A DNA stretch of 64,000 bases from Octopus sinensis (taxonomy: Eukaryota), in the NCBI RefSeq assembly GCF_006345805.1, contig NC_043009.1:26784001-26848000 (forward strand), written 5' to 3'. Made by a program: the position numbers and the translations under genes. This document shows, in pieces, positions 1 through 13,864 of this stretch. Position 1 is the stretch's first letter, and every line of letters begins with the position of its first letter. Under the pieces are notes generated by a model. It saw only the letters and a program-made list of their open reading frames with translations, did no database searches and was not told the DNA's origin.

Positions 1-463
1 ATAGAAAGTGAAGGCAAGTGGTCACGTATGAGGAGTCCATATTGGTGACATGAAATTGTCAGCTAGGAATAAAGAACGACCATATTCGATGATGTAATAG
101 TGAAGTCCTGTTATAAATAAACACCCTTCACACTGAAACTCACCATTTCTTGTAATTTTTTATTAGAAAATTTCTTTTCGGTTTGTAAATTCTAAGCAAT
201 GTCTGTAATAATTGTCAAATTTTTAATTATATTTATCATTTTTTTGTTGTTTTTTTTGGTTTTTTTTTACCAGCTCTAACTTCTCTGTTTCAGTATGCTC
301 AAGTAGCCATGAATTTTACCTTTTTGCCTTATTAAATTATATGTTTTAAACATAGGAGATTCTGATTCTTAAATAAAGCAAAATTTTCAAAAATTCAGTT
401 TTGTCATGCCCCACTTCCCTCAGAATTTTTAAATACACAACTAATCATGACTTTTGTATTTAT

Positions 464-626
464 AGGCACAGGAATGGCTGTGTGGTAAGTAGCTTGTTTA
501 CCAACCACATGGTTCCGGGTTCAGTCCCACTGTGTGGCACCTTGGGCAAGTGTCTTCTTCTATAGCCTCCGGCCAACCAAAGCCTTGTGAGTGGATTTGG
601 TAGACGGAAACTGAAAGAAGCCCGTC

Positions 627-673
<47 letters not shown>

Positions 674-890
674 CGTGTATGTTTGTGTGTCTGTGTTTTT
701 CTCCCTAACATTGTTTGACAACCGATGCTGGTGTGTTTATGTCCTTGTCACTTAGTGGTTCGGCAAAAGAGACCGATAGAATAAGTACTGGGCTTACAAA
801 GAATAAGTCCCGAGGTTGAGTTGCTCGATTAAAGGCGGTGCTCCAGCATGGCCGCAGTCAAAATGACTGAAAGAAGTAAAACAGAGAAAA
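464..890 (+). mobile_element. Full-length tRNA-derived SINE, family A (octopus OK/OR-type), with internal (TA)n/(TG)n
   Basis: Head aggcacaggaatggctgtgtggtaag with A-box-like TGGCTGTGTGG and B-box-like GGTTCAGTCCC; tail ...gactgaaagaagtaaaa. Other copies at about 8700-9000, 9830-10140, 16325-16940, 18165-18530 and 56055-56230 (+), and 21340-21710, 30357-30741, 43710-43990, 50665-51045, 54775-55130, 59612-59993, 60020-60550 and 63890-64000 (-). Confidence 0.85.
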
Positions 891-2788
891 AGATATCATC
901 ATCATTTAATGTCCACTTTTTCTGGAGCCCATACTTGCATTCACTAATCGTTTTAGCACCATAAATCCAACTGTTTTATGGATCATCATCATTTTATTGT
1001 CTGTTTATCTATGCTTGCATAAGTTGGACAGAATTTGTTAAGGTGAATTTTCTACAGCCAGCTGCCCCTCCTATTGCCAATTCTCACCTGTTTCCAAGCA
1101 ACGTGATATTTCCCCATGCTCAGACATGTTTTTCACAGACAACTAAACACAAAGAAACATCCATTGTATGACAACGATATTCATTTATGGCTGTCATGTG
1201 ATGTCAAGAGAAGGGTACACACAAACACATGCATCTGCTGCTGGTTTCTTTTGGTTTCCATCTACCAAATCCTCTCATAAGTCTTTAGTTAGCCCAGGGT
1301 TGCTGTGCAGTGAAACTGAACCTGAGACCACATGGTTGGGAAGTAAGCTTTTAATCACACAGGTTTCTCTCCATGTATTATGTATTTTTTCTTTCAATTT
1401 TATATCTGTTTTACCAATATAATATGGGGTGAATTATTTTACTACATGTTGCCTATTTTCTGCCACTGTCAGTCATCACCTACTCTCCCCTACAATCCCC
1501 AACTCATGCCTCATTGGTCATTCCTACCCCTTATCTGTCATTCACTACATCTACTCACCAAACTTACCCAATCTTTACAGTTGTTGCCTGTCGCTCCTCT
1601 CTTCATCATTCCCTATCTTTCACCCCCCCCCTCTCTTGCAGCCTTCACCTACAAAACTCCTGCTGTCTCTATCCTCAATCATTCCTACTAACCATATATT
1701 TTGAAGGTCCACCCAGGTACCTCACCACTACTATTTTCATCTTGTTCCAGAGCCAACTGTTTGCCCCCACCCTTTCTTGTAAATGTGAATAGTCATGTAG
1801 CACCTCAACAGCAAGAAACCTGTTCTGCTTTGGCCCCTTATCTCATATTTTTGCTCTGTATCTCTTAGTATAAAGCTTCCCTCATAGGTTTCATTGTCTT
1901 GCAGGTTGAATGGTAATCTCCCTAGTGCTGGTGGTATGAAAAATATACTCTGTAAAATGGCTGCCAAAGTAGAGAGTGGAGGATGATGAAGTCATGTGAC
2001 CCATCAGATTCTGTCAAACCACTGCTGGCTGCTTGGTACTGTTTGCTGGCTGACTGGTTGAGTTCTTCAGTCACCCCCTTCATTGTGTTGAGAGAAGTTT
2101 TAAAATGTACAGAAAGAATTGACGTGAGGGGTGCAGGATGAGTGTTGATACTAAGCTTGATGGCAGGCAATGAGTAAAAGTACACTATACTGAAATCCCC
2201 TTAGTGAGAGAGAAAGAATCACAGGGACACAGGAGATGAGAAAGAAGAAGAGGAGGAGTTTAGATTCTACAGAGATAGGTGTTTGGTGGGGTAGATTGTG
2301 ATTGTGTTGATCAAATTTAGAAAAATAGTAACATTTATTGTTAATATACAAATGAGAAATTAATTTTATTTTATTTTAAGGTAATAAGTATTTTTCTTCT
2401 GAAAACTTGTATTAATGTCATCATTTTATGTAAGTAGCAAGAATTTTGATAAAAGTTCACTTATAATTATTGTATATATGCCATATTTCATAATATTACC
2501 CATTGGCAGTACAAGTATACTTCCAAAGTTACCCATCATATGATAGGTAGTAGGTTAGTATATATATATATATATATGTATGTATGTGTGTGTGTGTGTG
2601 TATATATATGTATCTCCTGTATGTTCCATTGTTCCCTATTTCTTCTCTTATAAATTTGAGACCTTGTACTTATACCCATTAACTATCTCAGAAAATATAT
2701 AAATTAATATATATTGAAACCCAACAGATTTCAAATATAATTATTTCACAATAATATTATATACTCCATCTCGTTATTCTAATTGCAG

Positions 2789-3098
2789 GAATAAAATGCA
2801 CAAGACACCAATTCAGTTAGCTGAACGGCGTGGCGTACCAATTGAGGTTTTAAACCACATGATCAAACTGTGGAAATTACAAGAGAATGATGACACCGTG
2901 TCAGTTGACTCAGAGAAGGGTTACTATGGGCAAAGCCTGTTTATGGATTTCTGCAATGGTGTTGGGGTGAAAGTGTTCTCCCTTGTTGTATTGATTCTCC
3001 TTGTCTGTTCCTTGTATATCGCATACTCCGTTACAGGTCTAGCTCACCATGAGAAGCGTATCCTTATTGACTCAACAAGTAGTCGAGTTGAACTTTAG
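2789..3098 (+). CDS. ANKRD46: Terminal coding exon of an ankyrin repeat domain-containing protein 46-like gene (C-terminal transmembrane anchor); upstream exons not found in the window
   Basis: Acceptor ttctaattgcag|G at 2788/2789, phase 2, open to TAG at 3098: [21 protein letters not shown]...[33 protein letters not shown]...EL*. It resembles, from memory, human ANKRD46 TPLVLAKRRGV and the C-terminal ...LLSLGIAYYVSG transmembrane segment. Confidence 0.7.
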
Positions 3099-3183
3099 TA
3101 ATGTTACACGTATACATATATAAGCATATGTATATAAATGTATACATATAGCACATATGTCAATACATACATATATGTCTATG

Positions 3184-3252
<69 letters not shown>

Positions 3253-3466
3253 GTGTTTATATGAGAGCAGTGAGACGAAAATGAAAGACATCAGAGGAGG
3301 GACAAGTTTTAAATACTGTATTAGCTTAACTTGTCCCTCTTGTGTTATCTTTCGTTGTTTTGTTTATTGTTTTCATTATATATTTTAAAAAATGTATGAA
3401 ATTTTTTTGCATGGCTTTAACCATCAAATAGAAGAAAAATTAAATGCAGGCTAAGTACACAGGACT

Positions 3467-3730
3467 AGATAGAAACATGGTAACCATACACTTTCATCAG
3501 CTGTTGAATGACGATCAAAGCAGTTTCAGCACATTAACCAACAGAACTGCATACTTGCTTTAGCATGCTTGAGTTTTGTGTCAGTACAGGATACAAAATA
3601 TAATTTTGTGCACTTGTTGCTCTCCAGTCTTGACACTAAGACTCAGGCATGCTGAAGCAAGTGTGCAGTTCTGTTGTCTTAACGTTTATTCAACAGCTGA
3701 TGAAAGAGTATGGTTACCTTGTTTGTATCT
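3467..3730. repeat. Long inverted repeat (fold-back) downstream of the ANKRD46 stop
   Basis: 3479-3509 pairs with 3688-3718 (30/31); 3539-3574 pairs with 3641-3676 (33/36). Confidence 0.9.
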
Positions 3731-3993
3731 CGTTCCATCAGTTCTATCTTTTGTTTATGTTTAATTTCCCTTTTATAAATACATGTGTGTGTGTGTGCAT
3801 ATATATATATATATGTGTATACATACATTATAAGATTTGTATTGACTGGAACTTTTAAGTTTCGCTTGATGGCTTATTCAACCAGTGACTCTATTCTCAG
3901 TACGGAGTGCCTCTAGCAGTAAATGTTGTGTTGTTATTCTTAAACTTGCTTTAAAATAATAACCTTCATTCAACATTATATACATACACACTC

Positions 3994-4025
<32 letters not shown>

Positions 4026-4797
4026 ACATATGAGGTGTAGTTACATGCTCTACATATATAAGTTATTACTCATCCATCACATAAAGACATGTTGACTACA
4101 TCTAAAGTTTTTTTTAATTCTTTTGAAATCAAAGCAGCACCCATTCCTCGTAGCAACAGCTTTAGCTTTAAATGAAAATATATGCACATAATACATGCAT
4201 ACAATACATGACTGCATAATACATACATGCATATCAACCTCAAACTATTAATATACAACAAATACAAACATAAAACAAATGTTTCATAAATTCCAGACTA
4301 ATAAGGAAAAAATTCTCATTCAAAGAATTTTAATAAGTTGAAAAAAGTATTTAAACTGAAATTAAATATAGTGATTTAACAGTTCAAATAAAATATTCTT
4401 CAATTTTTATTTCAATTTCAGACCATGCTTTATGATTACACTTTGGTTTATGAAAACATGTTTTATAAGTTTAACATTTCCTTATATGTTTACACACACA
4501 GATATATATATATATATATACCAAGAAAGTTAGGGGTTGTGGATCCAACCCACATATATATATATATATATATCACAAATTAATGCATTACATCTAAATG
4601 CTTGTTGCTTACAGTAAAATAGCTCTACAAGAAATGGTTGTATTAAAAATAAAATTCTAGATGAACATAGACACACACATATATTTCACTGTATCAACTA
4701 GATAATCAGATGCTGTTATACACTGCTGGTCACAAGGCCCTTCCTCATATTGTTTCCACTTTCGAATGGCACCACCTGCTAGTTGGACCTGGCAACG

Positions 4798-4834
<37 letters not shown>

Positions 4835-7124
4835 GGAAGAGATGGCTCTGTGTGGTACTGATATGTAAATAGCTTAATACATTAGTATTCGTTTTTTTTT
4901 AATTCCCTTAAAAGGATTGACTTCACTTACCGGGAGTTGATAAAATAAAAACTTGTAATGACTGCATATGGAGGGAGAGGGGTGACGTTGTCAACTCAAT
5001 TGGCAACATTCTTTCCTTACAAAGGCAGTAGGAGAGTTTGGTAGTGATGAGGTTTGTAGAATTTAAGTTTTGCGCATTGTACTTCAAATGAGATTTTGGT
5101 AAAGAAGAAATAGAAAGTGGTGTTGCTGCTTGGTCTAAGTGACAACACCACTTTTTTGCCATCTTCAGCACATTCTCAAAGGCCAACGTGAGAAATAAAA
5201 ATTTGATTGTACTCTTAACGACCAGTATTGGTTTGTTTATATCCTCTGTAATTCAGCTGTTCAACAAAAGAGAATTAGTCTCAGACTTAAAAAAAAATAT
5301 GTACTGTGATTAGTTTGACTAAATCTTTCAAAGTAGTGCTCCAGCAAGGCTGCAGTCCAATGACTGAAAGAAGTAATACAAAATTAAAAAAACTAAAAAC
5401 TCCTCAAAGAACTCTTCTGCTGAGTAATAGATACTAACGAGGACTTTTTCTGAAATCCTTGGATTCCAGATTTTTAGGAAACCAGTGCTTCTATAGAAAA
5501 TATCATACAGCAAGCCATCGTCTTCATCTTAAAAGAAATGATGTTCATCACTCTCACCTTTACCTGCATCATCTTTCAGTAGATAAAAGCTTGATGTTTA
5601 GTCATATTCCACAAAATCTACTTAATTCTGTGATACAAAATACCCGAAAGCTTTACCATTTATTCCATTATTTACAAAGGTGTGAAAGTGTGTGTAGGTG
5701 AAGTGGTATGGAAGTAGGGAATGCAGATGGCCCTTAAGAGTCACTTTATTACTGATCTGAATTTCATTTTATCCCCTTGGAAGGGAGACTTAAAAATAAT
5801 TATCATTAATACACTGATGAGTGTGCCAAACCAGTTGACCCACTTAGTTCATTTGTGTTTATTTTATGCAAATTACCCAGGTCATAAATATGACCTCTTT
5901 TTTTATATCTATACTCCTTGGCTGCTGGAGATAAGGTAGGACAATTGTCGTGCTAATGAGGCCTAGTGAGGCAGAAACATGTCCATGACAGTCCTCCTCC
6001 TTAATGACATATCAGCTTTGGAAAATACTCGAGATTATCTGCCCTTCTCATATAGCACCGTTCTTGATTGCCATTTGGTAATCGTGACACATCCTCTAGA
6101 AAAACCGATTGTCATGAACAGATGATAAACAAATAAACTTCCTTACACACATACATATTTAGATTAAGCACAGTCAAAAACCTACAATATATATATACAC
6201 ACACATATGCTCAGATGAACAACACCTCCAAAACCTTACAATCCACACACATTCAGACAAACACACTATCAAATACATATATACACACTCACAAACCACT
6301 CATATCCACTCCATTAACATTTTATACACCTTTACTTTTACCTGCTGCTCACCTTGATACCTTTGCCATCTATTTCTCCTCCTCACCCTCTCTCTTTACA
6401 TATAAAAATATTGTCACTCAATCCACCCCGTTTCTGCCACCACCACCCCTTGTCTTTTGCTTTTTATTAACTTTTTAGTCCTTCCTCACTGTTTATTCTT
6501 TACCTTAGTTTTTGTTGTTGTTGCACTTGCTATCTAAGTGACATCATATCCATCACTATCATGAGGTGATTGTGACATCCAAGACTGATGTACCTTAAAC
6601 TGAAGAGCTGTGCACAGACACATGTATTTCTTTGATATAGAGAGAATCTCTCTACAAACCGTCACACACGCACATGTGCATGTGTGTGTGTGTGTATGTG
6701 TACATGATTGTGATTGTGTGAATATTAAATCTATTGGCAATCTGTCGATAAAAGATGTGGGTAACAAACCAATAATTGGTTTGAAATGAATGAGTGCCAA
6801 TGGTTACTATGAAAGCTACATGAAAGATATGGACCACATGTGTGTATGGTTTAACATGTACATCATGTAGAGGATATTTATTTGTACGAAGCTGGTGATT
6901 CACTCTATGGCTACTCAAAATTTATCTAATAATGCAATTCTTCAGGTGACTGCAAATGTATTTGTTATTGCCCAAAGTATTCCATTAAACAAGAAAAAAT
7001 TTGTCACAACACAGTAAATTGCCAGATTCATATATAAATATATATACACACACATATATGTACTAATACCAAACAGTGAGAATGAGCACTCAATACCGCT
7101 TTGGTGGATAAATATTATTTGTTA

Positions 7125-7308
7125 GTTAACAAAGCTACCAATAGTTTCATGCAGACAGAAATCTCTCAACAATTATCAAGCCTGCCACATGGGAACATTG
7201 TAACCCATCTCCATCTCCATCTTGGAGACAAGTACCAACATTCCTATGTGGAAGGTTCACTAATTGAAAAATTTCTCTCTGCATGAAACCATTGGTAGCG
7301 TTATTAAC
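7125..7308. repeat. 38-bp inverted repeat with 108-bp spacer (MITE-like)
   Basis: 7125-7162 vs reverse complement of 7271-7308: 34/38 identical. Confidence 0.85.
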
Positions 7309-7842
7309 CTACAGATAAAGTGAATATATATATATATATATACACATATAACATGTCAGTCTAATATCACTGCTTCAATGAATAGGCTGTATTTGTATTC
7401 TATGCTATATTAAATTATTCTTTATTCAAATATTTCACTCGTTGAGTTTTTATTTCCATCTACCATTTCTACTTGCAAATTCTGAAAACATTATTTGGAA
7501 CAATTATTATCTTCCATGAACATCAGTTCCAAACCATTAAGCACTGTGATTCATTTTGGTAAATAATTTACAACTTTTTTTTTATCCCATTCATTAACAT
7601 ATTTCTAATTACACTGCTTTTTTTCAGTTAATACTAAAATTAATGAAGAAACAACATTGTTGTTATTAAACCAACCATTACAGGCTGGAAACTGCTGCAT
7701 TATAGTGTTGTCAGTGATGTATATGATTTTTTTTTCACATTCAGGGAGAAGAAAGACAACACTACTTTGTTCTTCAGCAACAACAACATATCTCAGTAGG
7801 TAGAGGTGCTGAAATATGCTTAGCAGTTTCCATGTGTATTTA

Positions 7843-7899
<57 letters not shown>

Positions 7900-9120
7900 T
7901 TTTCATTGCAATCATCTGTCTTCCACATTGGCATGGGATGGACAGTTTGACATCCAGTGAACCAGAGGACTGTGTCAAGCTCCCATGCCTGCTTTGGGAT
8001 GGTCCCGACTGCTGAATGCCTTTCCATTTTACAGAATGTCCGGGGTGTATTTCTTTGTGACACTGGCACTAATGAGATTGTCAAGTAACTTGCAAGACAA
8101 ACACAAAGAAGCCTCCTCGTTTGTGTGGGGAAGTAGTGGAGGATTAAGTGGTATTATGCCAGGTGTTGAGGGGCTGAAATATGAGATAGAGACTGGCACA
8201 AGTCGTCTAGCTATGGAAGAGATACATGGCTACCTTGCGTTAAAAAATAATACAAAAATACCTGCATGAATGAACACCACAACACATTGAACCACCAAAC
8301 ATCAGTCTTAACCCTTTAGCATTCAACTGACCATATCCAACCCAAAGATTTTGTTTTTTGTTCAATCTAGCCAGACAGGCACATCACACCTACCCTACAA
8401 TGTCATTCTAAGAATAAACAATCACATCATCAAAATCAAGGCTACAATAATTAATCCTTTAGCATTCAGATTATTGCACCAAATGTAATGCTTATTTATT
8501 CACATTGTTTTAAGTTAATCATGGATTATCTCATAGCTTTGAGAAATTTGATAATGTTATTGTCTATGTTTGGATTGGACATTGTAGCATAGGTGTTAAA
8601 GGTCAGATTTGGCCTCTATGAACACAAAACAGGAAGAATATTTGAGCTGGATATGGCTGGCCTAAATGTTAAAGGGTTAATTCAAAATAATGTGAATAAG
8701 CAAGTGTCTTCTACTATAGCCTCGGGCCGACCAAAGCCTTGTGAGTGAATTTGGTAGACGGAAACTGAAAGAAGCCCATCGTATATATGTATATATTTGT
8801 GTGTATGTGTTTGTCCCCCTAGCATTGCTTGACAACCGATGCTGGTGTGTTTATGTCCCCATTACTTAGCGGTTTGGCAAAAGAGACCGATAGAATAAGT
8901 ACAGGGCTTACAAAAGAATAAGTCCTGGGATCGAGTTGCTCGATTAAAGGCGGTGCTCCAGCATGGCTGCAGTCAAAATGACTGAAACAAGTAAAGAGTA
9001 AGCAAGTTAAACAGTGTAGAGTAGGTAAAACGGAAAGAATGGACAGAGGAAGACAAACAGAAATAAAACAATGCCTTGGAGCATGTTCAAATTTTATTCT
9101 TCAGTGATAACATAAAAATA

Positions 9121-9924
9121 TTAAAATTTAATTTTACTGCGTTTAAGTGGTTTCATTACTTTTAAGGGTGTTTTTAGGACCACAACCTTGTAGACATTTC
9201 CTTTATCTTTCTTCTTTTGAATCTGACAGCCGATGTAATTAAACAGCGTTTGTAATCTAAAAAGAGAGAGTAAAAGCAAAAAACAATGACCGAACCTTAT
9301 AACCATTGTAACCGGAAATTAGTTTATATATATATCTGTGTGCATGCCTTTCCTCCCTTGGACACACAAAGACCTGTTGAGGCAAGCGAAGTTGATATCG
9401 AACCTCATTCGACGACAGGCACCTATGCCTGTTGGGGCAAGTGAAATCGGAATCAAAATTGAACCAATCCTATGACTGGCACCCGGCAGAAACCAGGACC
9501 CCTGGACTGGAGATACATAAAAAGCACCACCCGAATTGTGGCCGAAGCCAGTGCCGCCTCGACTGGCTTCTGTGCAGGTGGCACGTAAAATGCACCAATC
9601 CGACCGTGGCCGATGCCAGCCTCACCTGGCACCAGTGCAGGTGGCACGTAAAAAGCACCCACTACACTCACGGAGTGGTTGGCGTTAGGAAGGGCATCCA
9701 GCTGTAGAAACATTGCCAGATAAGACCGGATCCTGGTGCAGCCTTCTGGCTTCCCAGATCCCCGGTCGAACCGTCCAACCCATGCTAGCATGGAGAACGG
9801 ACGTTAAACGATGATGATGATGTGTGCTTGGCTGTGTACAAAGAAGTTTACTTCCCAGCCAGATGGTCTTTGGTTCAGTCCCATTGCGTGGACCTTGTGC
9901 AAGTGTCTTTCACTAAAGCCTATA

Positions 9925-9955
<31 letters not shown>

Positions 9956-10592
9956 AATCTAAGGTCTGTGTGTCTGTTTACATCTCTGTAACTTAGCAGT
10001 TCAGTAAAAGAGACCCTCAGAGTCAGTATCAGGCTTAAATGAAAAAAAAAAGTATTGTGATCAATTTGTTCGACTAAAATTCTTCAAGGTGTTGCCCTAG
10101 TATGGCCACAATCTAACTGACTGAAGCTAGTAAAAAGATAGACATATCTATATATACATGTCTGTGTATGTGTGTGTGTATAGTAAGAAGTTTACTTTAC
10201 TTCCCAACCACGGGGGTTTAGGTTCAGTCGCACTGCATAGTACCTTGGTCAAGTGTCCTCTACTATAGCACTGTGCCAAACAAAGCTTTGTTAGTAGGCT
10301 TGATTAAAGGAAACTGAAAGAAGCCCATCATGTATATACGTATGTGGGGGCCATCTTTACTTTGTTATCTCCCGTACTTTCCTTCTCGTGTGTGACCCTT
10401 CTGTCCGAGTCAGCCGCCATGATAGATCGTTAGCCACTACACACATCTTTTTCTCTCCTTGTTTTTTCTGTGTCCCTTTCTGTAGAAGAGCGTAGGCTTG
10501 AAACATAAAAGACTTTTTCTATTCCTGAGCGTTATACTAATACATCTGTTTGTTTTGTACACCACCTGTCTTCGTCTTGTTTTTTTCGTAAA

Positions 10593-10630
<38 letters not shown>

Positions 10631-11683
10631 GTGTGTGTATGCATGTTTGAGTCTGTGTGTTATTAACTCCTGCCTTCACATAACATGATAGTTGTAAGTG
10701 AATATCACTAAAATGCAAAGTGTCCTTCACTTTCAATATTCTGGTCATGGGGGAAATACTATTTCACATGGGAAGAAGTGAGGATTGGTAACAGGAAGGG
10801 CATCTGGCTGTAAAAAAATCTCCCTCAACGAATTCTGTCCAACCAAAGCAAGCATGGAAAAGTGGATGTTAAACAATGATATCAACAGCTATACCTCTCG
10901 ACATGTATGTTTGTATAATCATCATCATCATTTTAACATCTACTTTTCCATGGGTCTATGAGTTAGATGAAATTTCCTGAGGCAGGTTTCCTAGGGCTGG
11001 ATGCTCTTCCTATCATCAACACATACTTGTTTCCAAGGTACACATTTTCAAGCAAGGATGGCAACAAGCAACACCACTTGTATGACAAGACAGACACACA
11101 TACATATTTATATGACAGGTTTCTTTTCAGTTTCTGCCTTGCAAATCCACTTACAAGGCTTTGAACAGGGTTATAATGGAAGACACATGCTCAAGATGCT
11201 GTGCAGTGGAACTTAACATGAGACCATGTGGCTGCAAAGTAAACTTCTCAACCACATGGCAATGTTTACACCTACACCATTCGTTTTTACATGTTATTCA
11301 ATGTTAATAAGATGGTGTAGGCAAATATATTATTGAGATGCTTTACAATCAGATGCTCTTCCTGTTGCTAACCTTTGTCTGTTTTACAAGGGATCTTTTA
11401 TTCTACAAGTCACTGAAGGAGCAAAGCTAGGGGACAACTTATTAACAGGGGAATCACAACATCACTGCTAGTAGCTCAGTGATTTTAAGAGAAGCACAAA
11501 AGCAAAATAAACACACACACACATATATATACATATAACAGGCTTCCTGCAGTTTCTGTCAACCAGATTCTTTCATGAGGCAGAGGCCAGCCTGGGGCTA
11601 TAGTAGAAAATACTTACCCAAGGTGTCACTGGTACCAAAACCTAAACCCACGTCTTTGCAAAGCAAACTTCTTAACTACACAT

Positions 11684-11728
<45 letters not shown>

Positions 11729-13833
11729 TCTACATACATATATATTTAAATAATATAAATTCTATATATGATCTATCAATAAATTCAATATGATATAACT
11801 ATAAATAATCACAATATAAAATTTATAATACATTTCATGTTATTAAATTATCAATAGATTAAATTCTATATGATATAAATACAATAAACTATGTATGTTA
11901 TATAAATATAAATCATTTTATATGCTCTAAATTGTATATGATATACATAACTTAGACGAAAACAATAAATTCTAAATATGATATAAATATGGTACATATG
12001 AACAATATATTGTGTGACAGATACAAAAATACAATATGGCCATGAGTGGATTATGCTTGATACAAAGCCTGCTCAATCAGGATAGACCTTGTTTAAGAAG
12101 AATGTTACTTACTTCAAAGTTTTAATATTCAGTTCTTTCTGGATGTTGTCAAATGATAGGGAAAAGTTATCAATGATCAGCAACAGGATTAAAATATGAA
12201 GGAGCAGCTTATCTCTCAAAGTAATAGTTGCCTGCCTGCAAATAATAATAATAATATTGTAAAAAAGATGGGCTACAGCAAATATTCTGCTAAATACCAC
12301 AGATTTGTCAGTTGTTTGACCATAATCAGTTAAACATGTGCCTCAGTGGCTGACAATATGTGCATCTCTGATCACAAACAGAAGTAATGTGGGGGTATTA
12401 TAGCTATGCGTTGAGAGGAATTCTTTGGGGTTTGAATAATTCACATCTGGAAACATGGATGTTTTGTTAATCATCCTTAAAAAAACCTTAATCAGGGTCC
12501 TTTTGAGAGAGATGGGCTACTCTCAACCTGAAGAAAATTCTAACTGGGCCCCACCTTCAAGGTTATGTGCTGTTTATCTTGATATGAAATCACCATATCG
12601 CACACATATGGTTGTGATTCATGTACCTGGTGTACCCTTATCAGACGGGTAGTCATGATGAGTATACTGAGCTTCGTATTTTTGTACCCCTGTGTCATTG
12701 TGTTGGCATGCACTGCTCTCTCACTTAATAATAATAATAATATTGATGATGATGATTTCAAATTTTGGCATAAAACCAGCAATTTCAGGTGAGGAGATAA
12801 GTTGATGACTTTGACTCCAGAGTTCAACTGGTGCTTATTTTGAACAGAAGATTAATGAATATTATCATCCCACCACCACCACCACCACCACACACGACAA
12901 AAACTTAATCCTTTCACTTTCAAATTAATCTGTCAAATCCAAAGCTTATTGATTTCCATTTTTAAAAATTAATCCTGCATTATCTTAGATTTGGGATTTC
13001 GATGATGCTTATTTTTACAATGACATTGTAGGGCAGGTGTGAGAGGCTGGATCTGGTTGGTTTGACCATAAAACAGAGAGAATATTTGGGCCTGGATATG
13101 GTCAGTTTAAATGCTAAAGGACTACACTGAAATATCAGTAACTGAGACATACCACAAGACTAAAAGCTGAAGAAAACGCTCACAAGTACTTACCTTTCTA
13201 AAACTCCTTTTGAATTTCTCACAAAAAGTAAGAATTTGGAGATGAACTCTTTACAGACAATTGGAGGGAAAGAGTTCAGGAAAACTGCAGATAAAGAAAT
13301 ACAATCCATTAGGAAAAGAAAAAAACCCATTTAAACATCTCTTCCAACATAAATCTGATAATCTAGTTACATTCGTGCTGGTAAAGGTTTCAAATTTCCT
13401 TAATAACTACACAATGTCCTACCATTGTTTTGGCAGCACCACTGCAAAAAGAAGCAGTTCATATGAGAGTTGAGTCATAGGATGGCCTTATTACGTAATG
13501 CGAGTAAGTGGCAAGCTGGCAGAACTTTTACTATGCAGGACAAAATGATCGGCGGCATGTCTTCCAGCTTTATGTTCCAAGTTGAAATTCTGCCATGGCC
13601 GACTGTCTTTCATCCTTTGGGGTTGATGAAATATGTACCAGTCACGTACAGGGATTAATGTAGTTCACTAGGCCCCTCTTGTAAAATTCCAGGCCTTGTG
13701 CCTATAGTAGCAAAGATCATTATGTAATCTGTACTGGTTTCAACTAGCTTTTTGATAGCAGAGATCAATGTAATCAGTGGTACTAACTGACCCTTTCTCT
13801 AATTATTCAAGCCTTGCACCAATTCTAGGAACT

Positions 13834-13864
<31 letters not shown>

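Noticed and set aside
460-711. ORF MLGRKTQTHKHTRTHTHTYIYI... and many similar ORFs (e.g. 21454-21750, 43795-44022, 54935-55138, 59776-60072, 56244-56618)
   Set aside because: They are translations of SINE bodies and microsatellites, recur at every copy, and have no consistent splice context.
1380-2351. Several overlapping ORFs in a pyrimidine/purine-skewed block
   Set aside because: No recognisable domain and no phase-consistent splice sites linking to ANKRD46; probably an old repeat.
5811-5845. CTGATGAGTGTGCCAAACCAGTT, a hammerhead-like core
   Set aside because: The GAAA element is broken (CAAA) and no stem I pairing exists; at best a dead relic.
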